Origin: a virus
Length of the DNA: 64,000 nucleotides
Virus record (IMG/VR): IMGVR_UViG_3300027749_000046
Reading direction: 5' to 3' (one strand)
Numbering within the stretch: the first letter of the stretch is position 1; the number at the start of each line of letters is the position of its first letter. Shown here one piece after another: positions 14,903 to 23,870 of the stretch. The translations under genes and the position numbers were made by a program. The notes below the pieces were generated by a model that searched no databases, was not told where the DNA came from, and worked only from the letters and a program-made list of their open reading frames with translations.

Positions 14903-15300
14903 TATACTTTTTTGCGTCCTATGTTGTACTTAGCCACGAGCTCCCACTCGCCCTTCTCTTTATGAGGAAGGATCTTTATCTGATTCATGGGTGCCTTCGG
15001 CTCTCTGATGTTCTCTGGTTCTACTATCTTAACGAGCTCCCACTCTTCCAGAAGAGTCACGATAGCATTGCGGCGGCCCATGTCTTCCTCAGAGAAGTTT
15101 GATGGCTTGCCGTCTAGAGCAAACAGCTCCTTGAAGTGAACGATGTAGTACCTGCCCTGCTTGTGCAGAATATGACAAGACTGATACAGCTTCTTCTCTT
15201 TACGAGATGCAACGCCGATCCTGGTGAGAGTCTCTTTGATCTTGAGAAAGTCTTCTTCTTGGCCTATCTTCACTTCCACTAGTGTATCTACCACATTCAT
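14902..15300 (-). CDS. regA: translational repressor RegA
   Basis: DFLKIKETLTRIGVAS, LYQSCHILHKQG, YYIVHFKEL. Confidence 0.97.
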   Translation of the reverse strand: MNVVDTLVEVKIGQEEDFLKIKETLTRIGVASRKEKKLYQSCHILHKQGRYYIVHFKELFALDGKPSNFSEEDMGRRNAIVTLLEEWELVKIVEPENIREPKAPMNQIKILPHKEKGEWELVAKYNIGRKKV

Positions 15301-15674
15301 TTAATGCCACCTTTTTCTTGTTTTTGTTTTATAGCATCTATCTGCTCAGCCGACAGTATGGTCATTGCCAACTCTGTCTTCTTATGATTATATCCGTAGT
15401 ACTCCTGTACTGCAGAGAAGTCGGCGTCTTTAATGGGTTTATTCCACTTAGAAAATCGCTTTCCCTTTCTTATGGTATTTATTAGATAGGAGAATTGAAG
15501 TTTATTATCCAGATGATGATTTAGATTCATCTCTTGAGCGTACATAATTGTGTCTGGAAAATAAGACAGACCTCGGTTGACCATGAAGCCGTTGTATGAC
15601 TTCTCACTTGCATCGTCCGTGATCAGGTTCTCCTTGGTGAGAGTGATTGCCTTGATTACGTCAAATGGGTTCAT
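15297..15674 (-). CDS. 62: clamp loader small subunit gp62
   Basis: YNGFMVNRGLS, KRFSKW, YYGY; synteny 45-44-62-regA. Confidence 0.92.
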   Translation of the reverse strand: MNPFDVIKAITLTKENLITDDASEKSYNGFMVNRGLSYFPDTIMYAQEMNLNHHLDNKLQFSYLINTIRKGKRFSKWNKPIKDADFSAVQEYYGYNHKKTELAMTILSAEQIDAIKQKQEKGGIK

Positions 15675-16609
15675 GAGAAGTCAAGCTCCATCATGATCTC
15701 AGTCAAGCATGCCATTAGGTTGATCTCATGGTCTGCAGAGAAAGCAGCTTGATACTGGTACTTCGATAGAATGAGAATGAGCATAGGCACCGACTGGGCG
15801 CCGAGGTAGTCGGATGCGGTATCATACAGCTTGCGGAAGATAGAGTTCTGGTCTGCGTCTGAGTTCTCGCCGACCCACTTTCTTACGTCGGTGAACTGCT
15901 TGTTCTTCATCATATCAATTAGTGACTTCATGGATATCTCAGCCATGTTAGTCAGTATACCCGTATCAATCTGACCGGTCGCTGAGTATCTCTGCAGCTC
16001 GTTTAGGACTCGGCGCCAGTCTGGGAAGTGCTTCTTAATGACTTCGGCAACCACGGCTGGGTCGTTAGGTACACCCTCATTATGTAGTATGTTGGTGACT
16101 CGCTTGAAGAATTGCGCTGCAAGCTTAGAAGTATCTCGTCCGGATATTTTGAAGTCGATGACCGAGCACCTCGAGTGGAGCGGCTCGATGATCCTGTTCT
16201 TGTAGTTACAAGTAAGTATGAAGCCGCAGTTCCTACTAAACTCCTCGATGAAATTTCGTAGAGCCGGCTGCGTCGAGTTGGCATTGAGGTAGTCAGCTTC
16301 GTCCAAGATGACGTACTTACGTCCTCCAGCCAGAGATACTGAGGAAGCGAAGTTAAGGATATCGTTTCTAAGCGTATCGATGTTTCCATTCATAGACCCA
16401 TTGATCACGATGTAGTCGCATCCCAACTCCTCGAGCATGGCACGTGCTACGGTTGTCTTACCCACACCGGCGGATCCGGATAGGATCAAGTTAGGTATAT
16501 TCTGCTGGTCTATAAACTGCTGAAAGACAGCCTTTAGCTCAGCAGGTAAGATAGTATCAGCGATAGTCTTTGGACGATACTTCTCGACCCATAAAAAGTC
16601 TTGATTCAT
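15671..16609 (-). CDS. 44: clamp loader large subunit gp44
   Basis: WVEKYRP, GSAGVGKTT, DEAD, SRC. Confidence 0.97.
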   Translation of the reverse strand: MNQDFLWVEKYRPKTIADTILPAELKAVFQQFIDQQNIPNLILSGSAGVGKTTVARAMLEELGCDYIVINGSMNGNIDTLRNDILNFASSVSLAGGRKYVILDEADYLNANSTQPALRNFIEEFSRNCGFILTCNYKNRIIEPLHSRCSVIDFKISGRDTSKLAAQFFKRVTNILHNEGVPNDPAVVAEVIKKHFPDWRRVLNELQRYSATGQIDTGILTNMAEISMKSLIDMMKNKQFTDVRKWVGENSDADQNSIFRKLYDTASDYLGAQSVPMLILILSKYQYQAAFSADHEINLMACLTEIMMELDFS

Positions 16610-16629
16610 AATAACCCCATAATATAATA

Positions 16630-16683
16630 AAGTGCAAGTCAGTTGCGTATTTATATACTATACCGACTTGCACTTATTGTCAA
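16630..16683 (-). promoter_or_regulatory. early and late promoters nested in a 14-bp hairpin
   Basis: TTGACA-N17-TAGTAT, TATAAATA in loop; arms 16630-16643 and 16662-16675. Confidence 0.75.
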
Positions 16684-16689
16684 TCAAAA

Positions 16690-17352
16690 TTAGAAGCTAG
16701 AAGATGCTTCAACCGCCACGAAGTAGTCAGCCACATCACCTCTGAAGTGTGAGATACCCTTAGAAGAGATATCCACGTCGTAGTCTCCAGCGATTAGCTT
16801 GATGTTCTCAGACTTAAAGATCATCTTGAAGGTCTTGTCTGTCGAGCCAACCGCGATGGAGTAGACATCAGACGATGTGTTCTTTGAGTCCATCGCCTGT
16901 AGGTTGATGTCCTGTCCGTCGCCCACGACTGCGATCTCAGGCAGTCGTAGAACTCCAAGGCCCTTCATGACGTCATTGAGTGCGTCATTAGTAAGCTTAA
17001 AAGATACGTCGGTGGTAGGCAGCTTGATCTCTTTATCGGGAGGCGAGATGACCGTAGAGGTATCAGCAAACCGATACTGCATCTTCTTTCCAGAGCTTAA
17101 GATCGTGACGTGCTTCTCGTTGATCTCAAGAGTCGGATCATTGAACAGGGATAGAGTGCTCAAGAATCGCGATAGATCATAGATAGCAAACTGACTCTCG
17201 AACTGCTGTCCGATTGTAGCCTTTGCCATGATCGTCTTGTTAGGCGAGATTGTAGTTAAGACGCTACCTGGCTTTACCAAGATAGACGGGTTGATAGTAG
17301 AGAAGTTCTTCAACACCGCGATGGTCTTTTGTTCTAGCTTAATGGTCTGCAT
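16690..17352 (-). CDS. 45: sliding clamp gp45
   Basis: LKNFSTINPSI, FAIYDLSRFL, YFVAVE. Confidence 0.95.
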   Translation of the reverse strand: MQTIKLEQKTIAVLKNFSTINPSILVKPGSVLTTISPNKTIMAKATIGQQFESQFAIYDLSRFLSTLSLFNDPTLEINEKHVTILSSGKKMQYRFADTSTVISPPDKEIKLPTTDVSFKLTNDALNDVMKGLGVLRLPEIAVVGDGQDINLQAMDSKNTSSDVYSIAVGSTDKTFKMIFKSENIKLIAGDYDVDISSKGISHFRGDVADYFVAVEASSSF

Positions 17353-17369
17353 AATATACTTCCTTCAAT

Positions 17370-18224
17370 TTACTTCTTATTCTTACCGCCGAGTGCGCCT
17401 GGATCTGCCGTAGCAGCAGCACCGATAGACGCTAGGTCGGCAAGTGAGCCGCCAAAGATATAGGTACCTACGTGCTGCATCTTCATCCAAGGGCAGAACC
17501 AAGTCTTGAGGTTTAGCTCTTGAATCTTCTGACAGAACCAGTAGTCCTCAGAGAGATAGCGATTAGATACTGGATCGATCTCAGCTTGGAAGTACTGCAT
17601 GATCTGACGAGTACCATCGAAGTGCTCTGTGCGAACGTGATCTGGCTTGTAGAGATACTGCTTGAAGCTGTCAGCGAACTTCTGCATCGTAGCTTTCTTA
17701 ATCATCATGAAGCCCGTGCCAATCTCAAGTACCTCGACTGGCTCCGCGATGGAGATGCTTCCCGCACCGCCCTTTGGATTGAACACGTAGTCACCCACGA
17801 AGTTCTCAAGAACGTTTGGATCTTTATCGGCGATACCCTTGTCGACCGCGAGTTTGATCTTCTCCCAGCTGATGCACTTCTTAGGATATGGACCGCCGAT
17901 GACGTCGTACTCATTGCCTTCCTTGATAGACAAGGCGAGGAGGGCGATAACATCCTGTGGGTTGAATCCAATATCTGAGTCGATAAACATCAGGTGAGTT
18001 GCGTCAGAGCGCATGAACTCGTCACAGCAGTAGTTACGTGCGCGAGTAATAAGCGACTCGTTAAACAAGAAGTAGAACTGCAGCGGGATGCCATAGTGAG
18101 TGCAGAGTGCTGACAAGTCAGCGATAGAGCGAGTAAACATGCCCGCGCACATGCCGCCATACATCGGTGTGGCGATCATGATCTTGTGCTTGCGAAGCTC
18201 CTCAATCGGTACGTTAATTTCCAT
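17370..18224 (-). CDS. GT-A fold glycosyltransferase-like protein
   Basis: IATPMYGG, ESLITRARN, FIDSD (DxD), GTGFMMI, SEDYWFC, HVG. Confidence 0.8.
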   Translation of the reverse strand: MEINVPIEELRKHKIMIATPMYGGMCAGMFTRSIADLSALCTHYGIPLQFYFLFNESLITRARNYCCDEFMRSDATHLMFIDSDIGFNPQDVIALLALSIKEGNEYDVIGGPYPKKCISWEKIKLAVDKGIADKDPNVLENFVGDYVFNPKGGAGSISIAEPVEVLEIGTGFMMIKKATMQKFADSFKQYLYKPDHVRTEHFDGTRQIMQYFQAEIDPVSNRYLSEDYWFCQKIQELNLKTWFCPWMKMQHVGTYIFGGSLADLASIGAAATADPGALGGKNKK

Positions 18225-18649
18225 TATTTAGACTCCTTGTTGTGTTCTTGATCATGAACATATAGTTGCATCATTGCGTAGTGAATGACCTTCATCATGT
18301 CTTTTCTCCAGTCTTCTGGAGAACCCTTCCTGCCGTATCGCTGGGCGTACTTTAGTACATTCCCTACGCAGAAACCTGTGCCGTGTCCTGAGTCCATGAT
18401 AAACTCAGTGGCTTGAAACTTATTCTTTGAGTAGTGCTCTCCGTATGTATTATTAATATACACCGTAAGCTCATTTAAGTAAACCCCTTCGTTGTACTTA
18501 TATGGAATTTCTTTCTTGACGTCTACTTTGGTTATATTAAAACTCATGTTGATGTCTGTCTCGACGTATCCATCCTTTGGCCCTGTCGAGTACATAGGTT
18601 TCTTATCAGAACCACGCGCCCCAACTGTATATTTGCCTATTACATCCAT
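18224..18649 (-). CDS. DUF3310/SaV-like (T7 gp1.7-like nucleotide kinase family) protein
   Basis: HYS, GFCVGNVLKYAQRYGRK, DMMKVIHY. Confidence 0.75.
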   Translation of the reverse strand: MDVIGKYTVGARGSDKKPMYSTGPKDGYVETDINMSFNITKVDVKKEIPYKYNEGVYLNELTVYINNTYGEHYSKNKFQATEFIMDSGHGTGFCVGNVLKYAQRYGRKGSPEDWRKDMMKVIHYAMMQLYVHDQEHNKESK

Positions 18650-19833
18650 GCTGTAATGTCTCCTCCACTCTTAGCTTTAACTTCATACTCTTGCGATAGA
18701 TTACTCTGATAGACATAGTCTGTATCTAGCTCTTCTAAGCTACCCTCAAGCCACTTCTTGATCTCACTCGCCATATCTCTCGCGGTGACTACCGGAACGT
18801 TCTGACAGATGTGGTTGTAGTTCTTGTGGGCGTCGAGAAGCTCGAAGTTATCAGGCAGACCCATGATGGTCATCGCCTCCCTGTAGTTTATATAGCGGTC
18901 TTCATGGGGATGCGTCAGGCAGGTTGGGTAGTGACCGACGAACGCGCCGATGTAGTCCTTAGGCACTATGGTACCACGACGCATGATAGATCCACCGGCA
19001 TTTAGCTTGTCGTACTTGTACTGACACTTTGCCACCTCGCGCTCTAGCCCCTGAGCGGCCATCCACTCACCGACTTGCGCGTAGTTATACCCGAGCTTCT
19101 CGATATAACCAGACACGTCATTGCCGCGGGCGTTTGATGGCTCCATGATATCAAAGAACTCTCTGTGCGAGATACCGCCGTGGATGTTCTCTAGGATAAA
19201 ACGGTAGTACGGGTCTTGACTAGGTGTCTTCTTGTTGATTGGATCGCGCTGACTGTTACCGAGCGCGCCGAGGATTACGTCCTCGATCTTTGTGTACGGG
19301 CGATTGAAGTAGCCTAAGACTGGTGTCTTATCGCTCTTCCAGAAGAAGTAGAATGAGCGCTCGCGAACTTGAGAACCACCGTGGAGCTTCGTCCTCGTGC
19401 GATAGACAGTCATGGTATAGCCGTTGTCCTGACCGATCTTACGAAGCTGCTTGCGGACGTTCTCACCGATCTTGCCGGCAAATCCGGGAGCGTTCTCACC
19501 CCAGAGTACCTTAGGCTGTACTTCCTCGAGAACGTACTTTGTTGTCTCGATCATCCACTTGTTATTCTGATTGTGATCGCCATAACCCTGAGACAGCATC
19601 GACAGGCCAGCGCATGGGCATACAGAGCCTACCACGTCTACCTTGACGTCAGGCTTCTGGTTCTTATCTAGTACGTAGTAGGGAACGTCTTGATAGTGAT
19701 TGACGATATGCTGGTCGTTGGACCAGAACGCCTCGTACGACATGAGGTACTCAGGTCGAGTACCAAACGCTAGTTCTTGACCAATGGTCTCGCCGCCGAT
19801 CAGGGGGACGATAGTCGCATGCTTAAAAGTCAC
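18640..19833 (-). CDS. divergent C5-cytosine methyltransferase-fold protein
   Basis: CPCAGLS (IV), ENAP (VI), QVRER (VIII), REAMTIMGLPD (IX), QNVP (X); motif I degenerate (PLIGG). Confidence 0.8.
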   Translation of the reverse strand: MTFKHATIVPLIGGETIGQELAFGTRPEYLMSYEAFWSNDQHIVNHYQDVPYYVLDKNQKPDVKVDVVGSVCPCAGLSMLSQGYGDHNQNNKWMIETTKYVLEEVQPKVLWGENAPGFAGKIGENVRKQLRKIGQDNGYTMTVYRTRTKLHGGSQVRERSFYFFWKSDKTPVLGYFNRPYTKIEDVILGALGNSQRDPINKKTPSQDPYYRFILENIHGGISHREFFDIMEPSNARGNDVSGYIEKLGYNYAQVGEWMAAQGLEREVAKCQYKYDKLNAGGSIMRRGTIVPKDYIGAFVGHYPTCLTHPHEDRYINYREAMTIMGLPDNFELLDAHKNYNHICQNVPVVTARDMASEIKKWLEGSLEELDTDYVYQSNLSQEYEVKAKSGGDITAWM

Positions 19834-20930
19834 TTATTAGCCTCCAGTACGCGAGTAAGCTCTGCTCTCTCGGCCGCTTTATCTAGTGGGTGGTTATCAT
19901 ATAGACATTCGTACTGGTATTTAGCTAGCTTCTCTAGCTGGCTTTGGTCCATACCCTCGATGTCAGCTACGCTCAGACCGGTGAAGGCGTCACCGTAGAT
20001 CTTACCCTCAGTATCCTCACAGTACAGGATAGAACCTGCGTCTACGACCTGCTGGACGCGAGAGCGCCACCATCCAGACCCAGCGTGGTAGTAGGCAGGC
20101 ATCAGACAACCCCAGTGATTATTGTAAACTCGGCACATGTCCGGCTCTGTCACGCGCATGCTCTTGTGCTCACCGCGACGAGCGCCGTAGCTCATGACTT
20201 CCCAGTTGGCGGTCTTGCTGCTGAGCCACTTCTTTGTCTTATTTTGAATCAGCGATGAGAATACCCAGCCGCGAATCTTTTTATCTGGGCCGACGTCGTT
20301 GTCATCAAAGAAAGAGCCTAGGCCTTCTTCGCCGTAGTTATTCGTCGGCCCGCGATTTAAGTTATATGGGTTGGGATTGAATGAGAATAATCTATCTGAA
20401 GGAAACCCATTCTTTAGTTTTGTAAGATCACCGCCTGCAAAGGCGCATACCATGAGTCGGTTCTTGCGAGACAAGACGATGTCGATGGCATCGATGTAGT
20501 CTTGCTTATGTGCCTTTACGGTCTCTTGGCTTGAGTTTCCAGAATACAGCTCGAACATATAGTCGCGAAAAGGCTTGTACTTCTCTTCGTCGAGTAAGTT
20601 CCTCTTGTACTGAGGATAGCTCGCCATCACCTGGTCGATCTGCCAGTCATCATGAGCAAAGATAGCATCAGGCCTAGCCTTGATTGCATACAGCCCATCG
20701 TATAGATTCTGACAGAAAGACTGAATGCTGTGAAGGTAGATGATCACCTCGTCGTAGTGACTGATGTCCTCGCCGATTGTCACCGCGCGCTGCTCTACAG
20801 TCCAACCCATGTCCTCTAGGCATCTCACGAGCGAGTAGTGAGAGTTGAGGATCTTTAGTTCTTTCTTGAGGAAGTAGTCGCGTACGCACTGCTCGCGATT
20901 CATACCGGTGATGAGTATCTTCTTAGCCAT
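19830..20930 (-). CDS. putative GT-B DNA glycosyltransferase
   Basis: KILITG Rossmann start, DDWQ, C-terminal GCLMPAY..GSGWWRSR; context near gp42-like gene. Confidence 0.55.
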   Translation of the reverse strand: MAKKILITGMNREQCVRDYFLKKELKILNSHYSLVRCLEDMGWTVEQRAVTIGEDISHYDEVIIYLHSIQSFCQNLYDGLYAIKARPDAIFAHDDWQIDQVMASYPQYKRNLLDEEKYKPFRDYMFELYSGNSSQETVKAHKQDYIDAIDIVLSRKNRLMVCAFAGGDLTKLKNGFPSDRLFSFNPNPYNLNRGPTNNYGEEGLGSFFDDNDVGPDKKIRGWVFSSLIQNKTKKWLSSKTANWEVMSYGARRGEHKSMRVTEPDMCRVYNNHWGCLMPAYYHAGSGWWRSRVQQVVDAGSILYCEDTEGKIYGDAFTGLSVADIEGMDQSQLEKLAKYQYECLYDNHPLDKAAERAELTRVLEANK

Positions 20931-21303
20931 GGATATATTCCTTACACTTCACGAGCTGCTCTAGCTCATAGCTCTTATCATTTAGCTTTCTATTTAGTCC
21001 CGATGGATGGGGAAGCACGTGGTGCTCTACATTAATTTTTCGTAGTGCTTGAGATGGAAAGTTACCGAGTGCAATCACCTTGGCGTGTCCCTCTGTGCAT
21101 GACTTCAGCATATCCAGATCGATGTCCTTAAACTTATAAGAACCAGGCTCACTGATGCAGTTGGTGAATGAGAACAGGTCTAACTCTAGATAGTCAGCCC
21201 AAGCAGGCAGACGCCGCCATGTGGTATTCTGCTTGAGCTTTGCTGCAGACGGGTTGATACCAACGATGAGTACCCTACCAAGCTTCTGGTTCGCTGACGG
21301 CAT
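20923..21303 (-). CDS. minimal uracil-DNA-glycosylase superfamily protein
   Basis: VLIVGINPS, FTN, VIALG, LPHPSGLNR. Confidence 0.75.
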   Translation of the reverse strand: MPSANQKLGRVLIVGINPSAAKLKQNTTWRRLPAWADYLELDLFSFTNCISEPGSYKFKDIDLDMLKSCTEGHAKVIALGNFPSQALRKINVEHHVLPHPSGLNRKLNDKSYELEQLVKCKEYIHG

Positions 21304-21766
21304 CTAGTAGTTCTCCAGTTTTATAGTCGTATCTAGCTGCGAATACACCAGCTTCTTTGAACATCATAGACGTGAACTTATATGCATCATGCCATATGGG
21401 AGCGATATCAGCAGGATGGCAGATAAACACACGCTTGATACCTACCTGTATGACTCCCTTGGCGCACTCAGAGCAAACAGGAAGACCATGTACGTACAGG
21501 TCCGCGCCGTTGAGACTAGTACCATTGAGCGTAGCATTATATATGCAGTTCTGTTCTGCGTGCACTACGAACTTGTACTTGGTCTCTCTGTCATGCAGGC
21601 GTTCTTGACTATCTTCTACCCCACGCGGGAAGCCGTTGTAGCCCTGCGAGAGGATCTGTCCGTGTTTGCCTACGGCCACAGCTCCAACTTGCGTGCTTGG
21701 ATCTTTAGACCAAGACGATATATGCTGAGCTAACCTGAGGTAGTTCTGCGTCCACTTATACGACAA
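21275..21766 (-). CDS. cd: dCMP deaminase
   Basis: SKDPSTQVG, GYNG, HAEQN, PVCSEC; TTG start about 21766-21772 after GAGG. Confidence 0.92.
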   Translation of the reverse strand: MSYKWTQNYLRLAQHISSWSKDPSTQVGAVAVGKHGQILSQGYNGFPRGVEDSQERLHDRETKYKFVVHAEQNCIYNATLNGTSLNGADLYVHGLPVCSECAKGVIQVGIKRVFICHPADIAPIWHDAYKFTSMMFKEAGVFAARYDYKTGELLDAVSEPEAW

Positions 21767-22412
21767 GATCAAAATGCCTCTCGTATACGTGAAGGCTGCC
21801 GACCTGCCACGTGATCTCACCTGCGATGACACCGAGATCTGCCGCCAGCTTCTGCTGCACGTGTTTCTGCCAGGCATAGTCGTTCTTATATCCATAGACG
21901 ACATCATTGGATCGCATCTGAACTACAGTCTGGAGCTTACCATCTCGAATCATGTACTGAACTGCGTTGGTGCACATGAAGTCAGACCGACCGTTGTAGT
22001 CATAGTCATACCACATGCTGGGCCGAGTATAGATCATGATTGCGCGACGAGACAGTGGGTTCCTAATTAGCTCTTCAAAGCAATTCTTATACTGGTTCTC
22101 ATTCTCAGAAGTGTAGATACACCAGCCGTAGTTTGAGTTGATAAATCCATCATGGTCTGCAACCTGCTGCCAGATCGCTGGTGCACCACCTGGAATATCA
22201 TACACGTTTAGAGACTTAGAGTTATACCAATCGATCTCGCGCTTGATGTAGTCATCATTTGGAGTGCCAAAGATAGCTGGTTCATTAGCTCGAAACTGTG
22301 CGCCGACCATCTCGAGCATCTTAACGCCGGTCTTATCGGTAACAAAGTCCTCACGCTCGAGCATGCTCTTGAAAGCGCCGCGGATAGTATTGATTGTGAA
22401 CATATAGTCCAT
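21756..22412 (-). CDS. 42: dCMP hydroxymethylase-like thymidylate synthase homolog (T4 gp42-like)
   Basis: INSNYGW, DFMCTN, MRSNDVVYGYKNDYAWQ (Asp specificity residue, not the TS PFN), GSLHVY. Confidence 0.9.
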   Translation of the reverse strand: MDYMFTINTIRGAFKSMLEREDFVTDKTGVKMLEMVGAQFRANEPAIFGTPNDDYIKREIDWYNSKSLNVYDIPGGAPAIWQQVADHDGFINSNYGWCIYTSENENQYKNCFEELIRNPLSRRAIMIYTRPSMWYDYDYNGRSDFMCTNAVQYMIRDGKLQTVVQMRSNDVVYGYKNDYAWQKHVQQKLAADLGVIAGEITWQVGSLHVYERHFDLVV

Positions 22413-22849
22413 TAGAGATCTCCTGGTCTAGCGATTGGATTGATACCAAAGCCCGGCGCGCCTGACATAGTAAATGCATTATCTTGCGGACGAAGTTTTG
22501 GTACTTTTTCAAGCATGATCTTGCGATTAAGAAAGTCGCGATCTGCATCTTGGCCTTCGACCTTACCACGAGCATACGCCACGAAGAACGAAGCGTAGTT
22601 GATTAGGTCCTTTGCTGAGTCTTCTAGCGACTCAAAGTTCTGCGTGTAGCCAGGATCGTTCTGCATGGCTTCCATGACAGACCGCATGCGAAGCATCTTG
22701 GCGTGCATGATCTCGTGGATAGTCAGACAGCCGGATGGATAGTAGTCTGACTGCTTGATCTTTGAGTTGGGATTCTGATAGTCACGTGACTTCTTGAGCT
22801 GAAGATCAATGCACTCTTGAAGAACTTTTACTGACTCACGTTGTTCCAT
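22412..22849 (-). CDS. nucleotide-modification-associated helical domain (Nmad1/DUF1599-like)
   Basis: KKSRDY, K.LR, ESLEDS..DLINYA. Confidence 0.65.
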   Translation of the reverse strand: MEQRESVKVLQECIDLQLKKSRDYQNPNSKIKQSDYYPSGCLTIHEIMHAKMLRMRSVMEAMQNDPGYTQNFESLEDSAKDLINYASFFVAYARGKVEGQDADRDFLNRKIMLEKVPKLRPQDNAFTMSGAPGFGINPIARPGDL

Positions 22850-22850
22850 A

Positions 22851-23417
22851 TTATACTCCTAGGTCGATGCAATCGCCATAGCTGATTGCTGATGCGTGAT
22901 TAAACTTGTAGGGACTCATTCCAGTTGTATTCTTTATAATATACCGCGAAAGCTTTTTACTGTCAATAAGAAACTTCGGTCTGTACTTATACGTAAGAGG
23001 CTTTAGTTCTTCATAGGCCATAACCAGAAAGAAGTCATTGAGCTTGGTTGAGCGAATAACAGACTCGCACTGACCGTCGCTGATGTACCACACCGAATAC
23101 TTACCGTTCATGGTCTTGACCTCACCGGACTTATCCTCGCAGATAACATCTTTCTTACGCTGAGCATACGTCAATCCAGCCGCGTCCTCTGTTATAGGAT
23201 GCGCCTGCTGAAAGTCCTCAATCTGTTGGATTGCAATCTCGGCGCCGAGACCTACCGCGGTATTTCGAACCACTGTATCTCTCGAGCGTGCGCCGCGTCG
23301 ACGGCACTCTGTCTTCCAGTTTGTCTCTACCATCATATCTAGATCACCCCTGTGATCCAAGAGATTAATGGTGGTGGATAGACTACGAAGTTTTTCTACA
23401 ATAGAATTGCTGAGCAT
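22851..23417 (-). CDS. putative PD-(D/E)xK endonuclease
   Basis: GLGAE helix, KDV strand, GEVKT; own promoter and masking hairpin. Confidence 0.55.
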   Translation of the reverse strand: MLSNSIVEKLRSLSTTINLLDHRGDLDMMVETNWKTECRRRGARSRDTVVRNTAVGLGAEIAIQQIEDFQQAHPITEDAAGLTYAQRKKDVICEDKSGEVKTMNGKYSVWYISDGQCESVIRSTKLNDFFLVMAYEELKPLTYKYRPKFLIDSKKLSRYIIKNTTGMSPYKFNHASAISYGDCIDLGV

Positions 23418-23472
23418 GTTTCACCTTATTCATAATATAACTCATTATAACATGCTCAGCAATATTTGTCAA
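23406..23472 (-). promoter_or_regulatory. consensus promoter with start-codon-masking hairpin
   Basis: TTGACA(23472-23467)-N17-TATAAT; perfect 15-bp inverted repeat 23406-23420/23449-23463. Confidence 0.85.
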
Positions 23473-23870
23473 TAGGTAATCATGGTGAACAACCCGTGAT
23501 TACCCTCGTGTGATGGAGCTTTCCATCCCTCAGGCTTGATTAGATCTGGTAGGCCGAGAGGGTTAGGCCGCTCTGGCTTAACACCCGTCTTCTTATTCAT
23601 GTTAGCTTCTAAGACCTCGTCCCAAGCTCTATGAGAGTCGACGCCAAAACCGTCGAGAGTTCCAATTGCAACGACGCACAGGTCGATCAGAGCGTCGACC
23701 ACGTCCTCGGCTCCACTTGCTTTTCTGAGCTCATCGAGTTCTTCTTGCAAGAAGTTAATGCGAAACTCGAGAAACTTTGCAAGAGTCTCAGAGTCCATCT
23801 TATCAATAACAGGATGTACTCCATAGTGCTTATGCATCCTCCAAATATCTTTTACCCAGTCTTTAGACAT
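23469..23870 (-). CDS. MazG/PRA-PH-like dNTP pyrophosphohydrolase
   Basis: QEELDEL, DALID, ANMNK, KPEGWKAP. Confidence 0.85.
   Translation of the reverse strand: MSKDWVKDIWRMHKHYGVHPVIDKMDSETLAKFLEFRINFLQEELDELRKASGAEDVVDALIDLCVVAIGTLDGFGVDSHRAWDEVLEANMNKKTGVKPERPNPLGLPDLIKPEGWKAPSHEGNHGLFTMITY

Noticed and set aside
21756-22412. Ordinary thymidylate synthase
   Set aside because: Has the gp42-type G.xND signature rather than the TS PFN motif
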